Below the pieces are notes generated by a model that was not told where the DNA came from, searched no databases, and saw only the letters and a program-made list of their open reading frames with translations. Shown one piece after another: positions 38,253-52,206 of a DNA stretch of 64,000 nt. Source of the DNA: Microthyrium microscopicum (taxonomy: Eukaryota); contig MU004232.1 of NCBI GenBank assembly GCA_010405405.1, forward strand, positions 1,693,481-1,757,480, given 5' to 3'. The translations under genes were made by a program, and so were the position numbers. Each line of letters begins with the position of its first letter. Position 1 is the stretch's first letter.

Positions 38253-40859
38253 ATGACTGAAATCCGAACCCCTTCTCCCTCCCGCACTCCACCGCGTGGA
38301 GTTAAGGATAAGGCAAATGGCCTATCCCGTGAACCAACATCACCGCGCATTGCTCATACACTGACTGCATGCTGCCGATGCCGCCATGTAAGTTGCGACT
38401 TGCGATCAGGTTGATCACGTAGCGCTAAAAGTTGGGCTAGCGGAAGCAAAGATGCGACACAGGACTTCCCAGATGCGGACCTTGCGAACGAACGAACTCA
38501 CATTGCGAATATTTTGATCAAGCCAAGGGCGTAAAGATTCCCCGTCATTATGTTGTGCATTTGCAACACAAAGTTCGTGACTTGGAGAGACAACTAGAGG
38601 CGCTGGAGAGTGAAGACTTGGAACCCGATCCAGAAAGTCTCGTTCGCGACGGCGCCGCAGTACGCATTCAGGAGCACGACGAATCGAAATTCCTAGGACC
38701 AAGTAGTGGTATTGCGATAACTAGATTGGTGATGCATCTGGCCAAACGATTTACGCAGTCGGAAAGCATCAACGACATTGTCACACAAGACAAAGCCCAG
38801 GAAATAAAAGAGACATTTGAAGAAGAGGAGAAGAAGCCAACCTCCAAAGTCTATCCTCAAATAAGCGATGTTGCAGCCCCGGACCTGCCAGATCGGGGTC
38901 TTGCTAATGTATTGGTCAATCTGTTTCATGCCAAAGGTAAGCTCGACGGGTCGTGGTCGTGCCTTCCAAATAGAGACTTATCATCATTCCAGTCACTGCC
39001 ATGTACCCATTCCTCCACGAGCCCACATTCTGGCAAGAAGTAGACGAGCTTTACGCTGGATCAACCGACCCTTATCAAAATTTCGCTGTACGAATGGTCT
39101 TCGCAATCAGTTTGCAACGAACCTCTACGGAATACGCCGGGCTGGCTGATAGTTTTTACCTTGCCGCCTTAAAGTATCTAGAAAAAGCTGTGGAGCCTAT
39201 GAACGTCAGGACGATCCAATGCTTTTGCCTTATTGGAGCATATTCGCTACTGACACCCACAAGAACTGCGGTTTATTATGTGATCGGCTTGTCATGCCGC
39301 CTCGCGCAAGCACTCGGCCTATGCGATGAGAAAACGATTGCAATATCTCCCAATGGGAAGCCTGCTAATGTCCTCGAAATTGATATGCGACGGCGTCTAT
39401 TTTGGTGCGTGATGAACATGGAGTATGCTCTGGCTTACAGCATGGGAAGAGCCAGTAGCTTTGCTACTTCATTAGACCACTTAGATGTTCAATGGTATCG
39501 AGTCGTGGATGACGAATACATTACAAAAGATGGTGTAAATCCAAACGCTCCCATGTCGCTCAAGAAGTGGGTATCGATACATTTCATGAAGATGCGTCTA
39601 CTTCAAGTTGAGATTCGACGAAAACTATACCAGAAGAAACGACCAACGCCAAGAGACCATAACGATCCCTGGTTCAAGGAGATGGAGGACAAGCTGATTG
39701 ACTGGAGAGATGCAACACCAACCACTGACGGCAAATCCGCGTCCGGTTTTGATAAAGCTTGGTAAGTCTGTTGGCTGCCCAGTGGACTTCTACTAACAGA
39801 GATATCTACAGGTTCGTTGGACGTTACAACATTATGCTCGTTCACATGTTTCGTCCATCACCTCAGTGTCCCACGCCAGCAATCGAAGCTGCGAGGAGAT
39901 GCTTTCCAGCATGCACTTCAAACATCTACATGCATCGTGACCAGATTGAACACGGCAATGTAGACATGACTTGGATTTTTACTCAAGCCATGTTCATGAC
40001 TATCAATACAATTCTCTGGAGTTTGTCCTTTGAAGAAATCAGACAAGAACATGCACGAGAGGATGTGCAACGTGACCTCAACGTGGCATTAGATTGCATC
40101 AAGAAAGCAAGTGAACGCTGGCCAGGAGTGGAATCTGCTTTGGAGCTTTACAAAACTCTAATCATTGCCTGTATGCGGATATATGACCAAACGGGAAATG
40201 TTGAAATATCAGCAGCATCACCATCAGATACTACTGGTCGCTCGAGAACAGCCAGTCCAGTGACTGGAATACCAGATCCATTTCCACTACCCTCCTTAAA
40301 CCGCGCATCGGCCCCAGAGGCATCGCGGTCACACCTGTCACCCTCACCATTTGGTCAGATGGGACCCCTTTCATTCTCTGGTCAACCTTCAGTGTCACAG
40401 CACAACGGTTTTGCATCCCAAGATTCAAGCCGACCTTCAAGCTATCTATCAACAATCCTAGGAGACCCGGATGCTTCGCTCCAGCAGTATGATGCTGTAT
40501 CCCAAATCCCGTTACCAGCCACCTACAACGACATGGTATCATGGAATCCAGACTTTGACTTTTCCACTTCAGCGCCATCAACTACTGTTCCAGCGCTATC
40601 TCCTTATGAACCCGCACCACCGCTTGGTGCAGACATGAATGGCAATGCGCCAATGTTTGACATGAGTTCACCTTCAAACGTACCTTGGACAGACTATCTC
40701 TACCCACCATCTTACGAAGGCATTGAACGCTCAGCAGGTCTAAATCAACAGCAACAAATGGAACTCATGAAATCGCTGCAAACCACTGGAATTGGGAGAA
40801 TCCAGCATACCATTGACGCAACCAACGCTGTCTTCAACCCTCCGAGCCGTCAGCAATGA
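38253..40859 (+). CDS. Zn(II)2Cys6 transcription factor (Ppr1/UaY-like architecture)
   Basis: ATG at 38253; RIAHTLTACCRCRH/intron/RKQRCDTGLPRCGPCERTNSHC; FLGPSSG; ALGLCDE...RRRLFW fungal TF domain; stop at 40859. Confidence 0.9.
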
Positions 40860-43800
40860 GATATGATTGGCATGAAGGAAAGAATTAAGCCTCAATGACC
40901 AGCATAAAAGCTCAAATCCAATCGCTGGTCGTACATGGTTTTATTGGATATTCTTCGTAAACATATGCATTAGGTCGGTTTCGATTTTTCAAGGCGGATC
41001 GTCCGTGGATACCCTCACTCTAGCATTACAGGCGAAGGATACTCTTTTTGGTTCGGGACATCCTATATTGATATGACACATTTGTAGAGCATTGAGGCCA
41101 GTAGCTAATTTACGCAAGTAACAGCCTTCATGATTGATGATCAGTTTAGTTACGATAAGCGGTGATATACAACGAACCATATGCAATAAAGTGGGCGAAG
41201 CCACACGTACTCGAAGAATCAGAAATCGTGGCAACTATCAAATCTGGGTAGTTAAACTTTGAACTCAAAGAGGAACGGATAACGACCGGATCAACCTTAA
41301 CTATTCCAATCTCAGAATAGAACGTGGTATATGCACATGTCATGAGTTCTATGATCCATATGATTTTCTTGATCAACATAGCAGAACTATTTGTTCCCAC
41401 GGAGCTCCATAGTTTACAATAGAATTTTTCCTCCACGGCCCGGGTTCTTCACGTCGACAACTAGCAGGCAGATTATATTGACGTTTCCCCATCTTTTGCG
41501 GCGAACACTCTCAACTAATATGCGGCTTCATCATCCGACCAAAGTAAAGTCACAATTCCATCACAAATGAATACGTTCCATGAATAGCTTCCCCCACTTC
41601 ATAAGCGCCTGTAGTATCAACATGCATAAAATCTGCGCCTCCCATTCTGATTCCTTTCGCAATATGATTTTGATATCATAGCCAAGAGATATGCGCCTAG
41701 CGCCGCGCTGGGCCGCTTCACCATGCAGCAGCATCTTTCGGGAGCAATCTGCTTCTAACAGAGCCGCTTGTGATAAGCACCGTAAGCGGTAAAAAAGCCA
41801 ACAGATCGGGCAAAGATTGGCGCAAAAGAACAATCCGAGTTGTGTGCATGGAAAAGTGTAAATCAATTCTCCTTTTGACGTGGTAAAACAGCCGGACCTG
41901 TCTCTAGCAAAACCTTATTGTAATTTGGTTTGAATCGCGTTCTTTTTAAGTTTTTAGCTCAGACACTCCCAGAGTCAGCCTTACACTTTACAGATTTGGC
42001 ATCTGCGCGCCGTAGAATTTTAGTGTTAGCACATGTATGATGATGCCAATAACGCCTTGATCTAGGGAGACGTTTCCTGATGCTTCGCGACGCGCTCGTG
42101 TCGTTGAAAATTTGCAACGTGTGCGCTCTGTGATTGTAGGGCGGCGCTCAAAATGCATGCATGTCTCAATATCACAATTTTCCCGAGTTCAGCTCTCTTC
42201 GCTAACAAACAAGCCAGAAAAGAAAAGAAAAGAAAAGAAAAAGTATCCGCCGGCTCTTTATTACCATATTCGGTATGGCCATTCACCCAAAATCTTCATT
42301 CCGAAAAGGCAAAACTCCAAGCTGAAGAACGACCTTGGAAAACGAAGCCACCTAGAATTGTTTGTTGAATTTTTTTTACAAAGGCGTCAATCACGATATC
42401 ACAAAACTGAATGATGTATTTTGTGCCTACTACAGCGTTTTACGAATCGATAACCTAACCGCTAAAATAATGAATTGTGAGTATGCCGCGTCTACACTCA
42501 GAAAACATTCGACAAATTCAGGGGCAAGATAGAGCCGCCGCCAATGAGGGAAGACAAACAACAACGCCCTTTTCACACGAGAGGCGCCTACCACGAGTCC
42601 AATCGTGGCTATACAGATAACAGGCATTAGCGCCGCAAGGCTAGAATATTAGAAGCGGCGCATTGAACATTTTCCAAATGAGGCTGGGGAGGCAGTGGGA
42701 ATAACAATTTGATAGATCAAAGCGTCAAGTGTGCAAGGGATGAACTGTGCTCAATTGAGCATAATTAACTTCCTCCTTCATATCACGCTGTAATAAGATA
42801 GATCCTAATTTTTCACATGTGCGAAGTTAAAAAAGGTGAATAGACATGAAACAGGACAGGTTTGCTTAGAGCTCCGAACGATTCTCTCTCTAGCATGGAC
42901 TTTCCGATCCTGCCCCTGACTTGTACGGTTGTACCTGAAAAACGTCAAGCTAGAATTGAAATTACATCGCGAGATCTAAGGATAAAATGTCTTTCATGGT
43001 GTGGTTTTCGCGATGATCCAATTACTTTGCTCAATGCCGCGCTAGATGCATAAGGTGCCACATCGAGTCGCCGAGTCGGCATGCATACATGCATGAGAGA
43101 GAGAGAGCTAGAGAGAAGTAGTGAGAGTACATCACACTGCGTTGTGCTAAAGTCTTATTAACCTATCGATTATTAAAAGCTCAAGCCTTACGTGAACGTC
43201 ATCCCGTGGAAGGGAACCAAAAACAACGAAATAGCGCTGTTTTCATCCGAAATTCAATTGTTTCATTAAGGTGCTCCATATAGCTGAGCACGTAAGAACA
43301 TACGACAGTTGGTACTTGTCCGAAGTTCAAGAGAATGGTACGAAGAATATCACCTTCCGTACACTGCAGATTGAGATTACATGTTACAGCATGATTCGAG
43401 TGAGGTTGAACAACCTAGCAGCTGGGCATTCCTTAATCCCAAGATCTCTGACGTCAAAACCCATTCCCTTAATCTTATCAAGACCAACATCGGATTACCC
43501 GTATGACAAAGTCTACGACTTCTAGGCATGCAGTTTGGGCTGTCTTGGGAAAGCCGAGGCGGGATCCTGATATTAGCAGGCTTTGCTGGGGTTTTTCAGG
43601 AAGATAGGAACACAAAATGAATTGGATTGCCTGTACACTGGTACAGACGATTCCATGTATTTCTGGGATACGATCCGCTGCGAAAATCCCGCAAAATTGC
43701 AGCAAAATAATCACAAATGCCTGGAAATCATAAATTCTGTTAATATCCGCAAGGTCTGACCTCAACGAGGGTTGGACGAAATACCTACCAATGGGAATCT

Positions 43801-46800
43801 CAAGAAAAGCGGAATAGTACTAGGATTTTATATAAGCTTATGGGCAAATAACAAGACTGGGATCCCAGCAGAGAGTCCAGCTTATTATTGCCCATATCCG
43901 CTGTTCGGTAGCAGGTCTGTTCCTGGAAGAGTTTATATTAACTAGACAGCCGCATCGCGGCGCAAGTTGGGATAGGGATCTCGATCTCCTTGCTGTCGAT
44001 GATAAAGGTACGAGGGAAGTGCTCCCTACAATAGGAATGGTTGAAACCACGGATCCGTCCCGCATTAATCTACTTGAGGGGTGTATCCAGGCTGTTGTGT
44101 AAGTGCCTGGCATATTGAAACATGATGATCGACAGCTTGCTCTCTCTGCTCACCCCTGATGAGCAAGCCTAGGATGTGCGCTGCGGACCCTGGAGGTTTA
44201 GCTAAGCATGTAGTGGAGCAGAAGAATTGAGAGTAGGTTTCTAGAAAAGAGAATATGGGAATATCTGGTCGTGTTATATCGGCCGTGCGACTGTTTGGAA
44301 TGATGATATGTTCAGCAAAGCTAAGAAACAGAACCACGTGTGTGTCGAAACATATGGAACACACGGCATATTAAACCAAACTTGCTCCATGTTTTGCGCA
44401 AGGTCCCAGCGGAAGATAAAGCCTAGCGGCCCTTCAGGGTAAAGAAAAATGGAAAAGTGGCAGGCATCCATAGTAATCCATGGACTTGGAAAAGATGGGG
44501 ACGATTGCCTGAGTCGCATGTTCAAGTCATGCTGGTCTTGGAGGGTGACATTGTACTCCATCCTGTGGAGGCTAAGCAATTGAGTTCGTCATTAGGTAAG
44601 GAGGTGTAAATGAAAGATTTTGATAAGTGGTACGCCAGACGTTGTGCTAGAAAAGTATCGGAAGATATGCCACGCACGTGCCATCGCGATTTCCCGATGG
44701 AGTAAGGCAACGTGAAGTTACTCCTTTAACGCGCTACGAGTTCTCCATCATTTCCTCTCCGAATAGTCGCCGAGATATCGAGATCTCAATGAAAAGATCA
44801 ACCCCAAGATGACCTAACAGCTCGATCAGCAGTCAAATTTCAATACTCAAAAGTCAATCATGTCATGGAAATCCAACAATGGGAAAGTCTCTGTCGCTCA
44901 GGAGTTTCTTGGATGTCAGGAGAATACATGTCTTGATAGTACACGATAGTCGCCATGAGGACTTCTACCCCCTATAATCCTCAGCATAACCAGACCAATT
45001 ATATCTCCTGGACGGTAACGACTCTAAAAATCAAAGTCAATATAATTGTGATCGGTTGGTTCTTTCATCCAGTGTTTGTGGATCAAAGATAAATGCAGCT
45101 CTTCGGTCCTTAGGCTCTATTTTCAAAAATGGTCAATCAGGCTGATGCAGAAGAGCCAGTCATATCGACAAGATCGATTCTGAATATTCGTGAATTCCTT
45201 GTTTCGTGGCTGATATTATTCGGATGTCAACCTTCAATTGTTTCTCGTCTGCTCGTTTACAGTAACTGCTTAGCTCTCGCGAGAGTTTTTCTTCTTAAGC
45301 GACAACATCCAGGAGAAATAGTGTCGATGAGAGTCACGAGGTCCAATCATCGAGTATGGCTTTGCGGTTTTGACAATTCTCAGTTTTGGCTGGGCTTCCA
45401 GTGCGTCCACAGAACACAAAATGTTCCTAGCGCGAATCGATACGAAGTCGGGCCCACGCATATCTAGCAGCTTTTATGGTTCTCTAGGATCATTCCACAA
45501 AGCTGAACTTTCGGAACCCGTTGTCTCCAGAATGGCAGAAGTCCAGAAAATGGGCTCCGAACCTGTTTCCGAAAGCGCGGGACAGCGGCTCGTTCCAGTC
45601 TTCATCGATAGTGTCGTTCTTAGCCCAGCACGTTTTACGGACGCACGCTTGCACTGCAATGACATGAGCCAGAATCAGAACCTCGCGTTTGTTTTGCGCG
45701 ACGTGCTAGAGACCAATTGATTGATCAATTGACAGCAAGCAAGGCATTTTTTGGAATCCACGATGGCTTGATGTCTCCTTATTATTCAATTCTAGGTCAA
45801 TGTTTGGGTGGAGCACTTGTCGAGTTACGCCAGCCAGGGCCGTGGCGCGCCAACGCCAGATATCGTTGTGGTACCAGTAAGATTCGTTGATTTTTGTATT
45901 TTTAGGTCTAGCCCTGTTGTTCCTGTCAAGACTCAAGCGAGTGTGCGCCCCCCAGACAAGTCGGATTCTGTTCTCCATCCAAGGATTCGTCAGATCTGGA
46001 CAAGGAGATCGTCCGAACGCCACTGCTACTTTTTAAACTCTCCGCTCCACAAACTCAAAATGGATATTATCGAATTCCGCATTCAAGATAAATCTACGGG
46101 GTGAGGCTGGAGCCGGCGCAAGCTTGGCCAGTCTTTCTGGGAGGTGCAATTGTCCAATTGACAGGCACAGCAAGTGCATAACATTGCACTGGGTACTGCA
46201 GGATATCCCTGATTGGGGCAATTTGATTCGAGCTGATGCATTGTGTACTATCGAAAATAGAAGTGGGGGACAGCAGCAAAAATGCTAGACTCAGCAGCTC
46301 GCAACTCCAATCGGACTTGTAGATACACGAAGCAGCCCAGCACAGAGAGGCGATTACAATTATACGATGGCGTTTTGTGTTCCCAAGAAAGAGGCTGTTG
46401 GCCATGGACATTTTACGTAGAACAAAATATGGATTGTCAGAAGCCCCGTAGGGTTTTTTGACAATTGACAGGTTACGGTTGATAGCACGCACTGCAGTTG
46501 CAAGCTTGCAACGTCTGGTGAAGCTACTGCCAACTGGCGCCGGACAGGACCAAAAACTCAGGAGGGCGTTGAAAGTGGCACGCTATGGACATGTAGGGAG
46601 TAACATGGCAGCAGCTTGGACATTGGACATTGGATTAGAGCGCGAGGGGAAAGTGAGAGAATCACAGCGCCTTTTTTGCGTTTGGAAACGAAACAAGATG
46701 CTGAGCACTTGTTTCGAGAGAGACAGTTCACAGCTAACAGCGGCAGCCAAGAGCGTTTCGCGGCCCGAGCAACGTTCTCTTTTGGGCGATAGCTTACATT

Positions 46801-48064
46801 AAAAGAGGAGAGAGTAGCTCAAAGTTTAGATGCGCCGAGGAGGTAAAGGAGGTGGTGTTGCGTAGTTTGGTGGTATCAATCAAGGTTTGGTGTCTTTCTG
46901 GAGAAGATCAGTGCTTGTGAATTGATGATTATTACAAGTTGCAACTGTCAATCTGAAAATTGAATGACCAGTGATCACTGACCATCAGATTGAATGCTGG
47001 GCAGGACCGCCGGATGGTCCTTGACAGTCTTGTTGTGGACAAGAGCTGCTTGAGAGCAAGGACTTGATCACGGAAGGGACTCATTGCATCCTTGTCCAAG
47101 GGGTGTTTCAGATGCAGACCCCTGTCAGTCCGAAAGTACGCTAGGACTAGGATGGCTAGCGGTGCAAGGTGAGCGCGCAAGACGAGACGGAAGGACTCAA
47201 GGCCTGCTTCTTTCTCTTTTCCAGTCTCCCAATTCGAGAACCTGTTGCAATTTGCAAGCACACAGCACACAAGCAAGCCTTTCCAGTGCTCCTGTAAGCC
47301 AAGTTACTGGTGGTCTGCGGCCCTGCGCGCTTCGTGAGTCTCTCTGATACTGGCCTGACTGACTGGGCTGAAAGCCTTGCACCCAATTGCCAACCCGCTG
47401 CTGCTGCTGCTCGCTCCTGATCACATCTCCTGTATGATAGCCCCCCCAATAATCTCAACCTCTGTGGTCAGTATGGATTTGTGAAGCCGCCATTGCCTGT
47501 ACGGACTTTCTACGGAGCAAGTTATCGGTGTCTGGGCGCAGACTACTTTGTACTCAACCCCCCCAATTGCCCAAAATCCCCAAGAGGCTCCGTGCGAGTG
47601 CTGGCCTGCCTTGGGTGCGTAGAGACTTGGGTGGGCGACCTCCAATCGAAACCAAAGAGAGTGCCAGAGTGGGTCGACTTGGTCAAGGCCCGCGCTGACC
47701 CGCTACTTGTATCCACGAAACCCGCCCCAGCTTTCTCTTGATCCTCCTCTCTCCCTTTCGCCTATTCTCCCTCGTGCTCCCCTCGTTTTCAAGTCTCATC
47801 TTCCTCTGCGCCGTCCCACTACCTGCTGCCTTTGTCTCTGCGCTTCAGGAGAATCTATCGTCCTCACCACCCGCTGGTTTGTCGATTCTCTCCGTCCACT
47901 CGTTTCTTCCCGACTACTGGTTTGCTGTCGAGCACAAGTGCTGCCACTGCAACAATCGATATCAACTTCCTCCTCTCTAAGTCCCGTCTTGCCCAACTTG
48001 AGTCCCGTGCATACAATCAACCCAACCTGATATTAAAACACCACAACCGTTTGAAGCCTCGTCC

Positions 48065-49857
48065 ATGAGCGCGGCAACCACTATGACTATGAACGGAGTC
48101 TTCGGTCCTCCTCCCGGCCAATCCCCCAACAATCAGGCCCCAAAGCGCTCCAACTCGGGTCGAGAGATTGTCTATATCCAGCAGAACCGACTACTAGGCT
48201 CCGGCCAACCTGTCCAGGACACTTTTATTACTCACCAACAACAGATGCCCATTTCTGCTTCAGTTATTCCACCAGATGTCGCTGACGTCTTCAACTCCGT
48301 TCTTCGGAGATATTCATACCGCGATTTGCACCATTGGCTCAAGTTAGATCGTCAGGCTGGTGCGTAGTGTTTTAACTTTAAACAGTCTGGTTGTTTGCTT
48401 TGATTCTAACTTTGTTTCTAGAGCTCGGCCGCCAATCAATGCAATTCGGTCAAGGAGAACAAGTACCCAGTCACATGCATCGACCATCAATGGCCTCATC
48501 TGCCCGTACATCAAGAACATCAAGTGTTTTCTCCATGGGTCAAGGTTATGAACGCAACTCGTTTGCATCATCTCGTACCTCATACAGCATGATCTCAGAG
48601 AATGGAGAACCAGATGGAATGATGTCTCCTAATCCATTGATGGGCCAAGCCATCGGTCTAGACGGAAATCCCATGATAAACCGAAACAGCACCGCAAGCC
48701 GAAGTAGCACAATATCCAATAGCAAGCAAGCCGCTCGTCAAAGAGAAAATGACTTGGAAGTCAAAAAGAGATATTTCTGCACTGCTTGCAACAAAGGCTT
48801 TGCACGCAAGTACGACTGGAAGGTCCATGAGCAACGTTACCATGAACAACAATTTCAATACCCTTGCCCGGATTGCAACCAGATCCTATATGCCGAGACT
48901 CATTTCCGTTCTCATCACCGAGATGCCCATGGCTGCCAACAATGCACTCACGCTAAAGAAGTCACCAAAGAAGTCGATCCACGTCGCCGAAGAACAGCAT
49001 GGGGCTGTGGATTCTGCGGTAGTCTTCTTGAGGATTGGGAGAAGCGATGTGATCACATCTCTCAGCATTATGACGAAGGTATGAAACGAACTGAATGGGA
49101 GCATTCCAAGGTCATAGTTGGTCTGCTACGTCAAGAAGGCATCGATGCCGCCTGGCAAAACCTTCTCATTTCAAGACACGGGCACCATCCCAATCCACCT
49201 CTCTGCCTGAAGTTCAGCAAGGATACGACTGCTCGTTCACATGGCGATAACATGCAGCTACAAGATTTGCTGGAACTTGGTGCTATTGACCGAAGCATTG
49301 ATACTATTGTTCAATTGGCTTATGACAACGGTGTTCGCAATGGCCCCCAAGACATCAAGCTCGACACTGTTAAGGAGGAACCTGACAGCGGCTCAAGCAG
49401 CATTTCTCCTCCAGATCAGCCACAGGACTCTGTCATGGGTTCACCTTCCATGGAAAATGCCTCTCTTCCCAGTGCAGCATCAAACCAGCAATTCTTCGTC
49501 TCCAGCCCAATGGAATTCACCTCGCAATCACAACCAGATTTAACGCAATCGCCTATGCTTATGGAAAATAGCCAAATGCAGAACCTCTTCAGCTTCCAAA
49601 CCAACGGCTTCAACGATAGCATGTACTCCAACGCCAACTTCATGTCCAGTGCTCCACAAATGTCATCATATCCTACCGAAAAGGCCCTACCACCAATTCC
49701 ACAAGAAAACGATGTGACAATGCTTCAGAATCAAAACGCAAACGAACCGCAGGCGGCACAGTTTGACCAATGGTCTATGCTTACCGGATCCACATTTGCT
49801 GATGACGGAACTCATTTGGTGATTCCTACAACTTTCGATCCCAGAAATCAATTTTAA
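48065..49857 (+). CDS. C2H2 zinc-finger transcription factor, 2 exons
   Basis: Exon 1 is 48065-48359; intron GTGCGT...CTAAC...TAG is 48360-48421 and phase-compatible. YFCTACNKGFARKYDWKVHEQRYH and YPCPDC...HHRDAH fingers, AWGCGFC motif, S/Q/P-rich tail. Confidence 0.88.
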
Positions 49858-52206
49858 ATACGTGGCACAAGATTACACGGATATTTCCTAAATGGACAAA
49901 AATGGGCACACCATATCTCCACAGAAAGTTCCAGCGCTCCTTATTCCGAGGCATCAGCCCAGAACAGGACCTCGACAACCTCATGATGTACACACGTTAA
50001 CGGCAGCTGAAATGCATCAAATATACCGACATAACTTGATTCTCACTTGGTCCACAGTGTGAACTAAGCTGGGGACATTTATACGACTACACCATCTGAT
50101 GACCAAACCTCCTTCTCGGCTTTTGCGAGGACTTTTGTCCTTTCGCTAATAATACCAGCCAGCTATATCGGGACACTGGCATTGTCCCGATAGCCGCGCT
50201 CAAACCTCCCGCCGAATTGCTTCCTGTTTTCTTGCTGTTCAAATTTCCTTTTGTACAATAGGATACCCAAATGGGTCTTTGCGGTGTTACAATGATCTGA
50301 GAATTTTTTCTCAAAGCTTTTTTTCTTGCTTCATGTTTCTTATGTCAAATTGGCGGCATCTTTTTTTATGCTCTGATTTTTTTACCATATGCGAACTTTT
50401 GGTCTTCTGACTTGGCTCAATATCTCAAAGCATCTCTGGACAATGCCAGTTACTGCTCAGATAGAAGCGAGTCTTGATGTATGATGGATGGACAATGGAA
50501 AACGTTACATTGCAGCTCTCTTTTTCGTTGGTTTCGCGCTCCCATGTTTCCTGTTTGCGTATGAACAGTGTTCTTTTTCTGTGCTTCTTACATGGGCCGC
50601 GGGTCACACGGGACAGAACGTGAAGAACAGTTTACTCTCACATATCAAAGCACACTTTTGATGAGAAAGGGATGAAGAAGAACGTCCCAAATATCGGGAA
50701 CATTGGCGTTGTGAATTTTTTCTCAAAGGGGAAAAACAACGAACCCGTAGGTATACTTTTTTTTCCTAGACAGCCTTTTTTTGCTGTGAGCGAGAAACAT
50801 GAAATGAATAAAACCCTTTTCAAGTCATTGAAATTACCAATTTGTAGCTTCGCTTACTCCTGTCTTTTTGTGTGACAATTTTCTTTTGTGCTACGTGGAT
50901 TTTGTATGACATTTTTTTGTGTGTGTGTTTTGTCCTACGCTGCTTGGATGTTACTTTGCTTGTGTATCATGAGCTAAATACGAAGGTGTCGTTGCTAATT
51001 CTGGAGATCTTGCCAATAAGTTCGGCTAGACACTGTCGTTACACGCCCTAGACGATCCACTTCCTGTGGTACAAAATTCACGGCTATGGAGCCTCGGAGG
51101 TTCTTTGCCTCCAGGAACGGGCTTTCCGTTGCTAATAGTTGCTCGAGCTCTGTGCGAAAATAAGATGATGTGTGTATCTTGTTCGAATTATACCAGGTAT
51201 GACACCTTGATCAGCGCATAGGAATGCCCTTGTTAGGTGGTGGACTCAATGTGCTCTGGTCTTAATTTGGTAGTCGGGCCTGTAGTGCCGATGGGAAGAA
51301 TGTAATCAATGGGATTCAATTGTTCTATCATCTTCCTAGTGCCTTTTACTTCCTAGTGCACTTGGTTCATGGTGGTAAATGCTATTATTGCTTTAAGGGA
51401 GATGCTGGTCTGCGCTGCGCTGGTTTGTTGATAAGCAGTGTTCCTGGATGCTTGTTTCATCTTGATATAGGATCTTGGATGAGCCGGATTCCGGAATCTT
51501 TACTAAGAAATAGGGCGATTGCGCGCCTTCTCATTTTACGGTAATGAACGGCTGTGAGGCTCGCGTGGCTCGAGGCGAATTGAAACTTGCTGGGTATACT
51601 TTTGGGTAAGGCTGTAGCTGGGACTTGTGGTAAGATTGGCGGCTCGTTTTGGGTTTCTGTTTGGAGATGGATTTCGGGGAAACTCCTTGCATAGACTGGA
51701 GATCTTGGAGCCGCTTATCCAGGACTAGATTGGCGATTGGGGCCGTAACCTGGAAATGAGACTTGGAGAATAGGCCGAGGACCATTTTCGGCGGTGCGAT
51801 GTTTGCTATGTCCTTCATTGAGTGGACGAAATTGATCACTGTTGTTAGTGAGATTCAGATGAAGGCGATATATTCAGGTAGCAGCTAAATTCCAATCACG
51901 TCAATTTGGTATCAACTAGCTCATTGTTTGCCCAGGTAGATCGGAGATATCATGCTCACGATTCTACAGTGCATGCTAATTGAAGCATTATGGTGATGTG
52001 AGAAACAACCTCGCCTCAGATTTAGAGCGATCAGTTGAATTCCAAGGGAGTACGGATTTAGCGACCGGATCATCGCTGGTATAGGAACGTAGATTTTAGT
52101 ACTTCGAAACCATAATTGACATAGACCGTGTCTGGCAACGATTCCTTCTTTGCACTAATAGTTTGTTTTGATCTGCGAGAGGAAACATGACATCTAGGTA
52201 TTAGAG

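Noticed and set aside
49858..49986. 42-codon in-frame extension after the C2H2 gene stop (readthrough or editing)
   Set aside because: The stop is TAA-A, a poor readthrough context; an open run of this length is not rare by chance and shows no recognisable motif.
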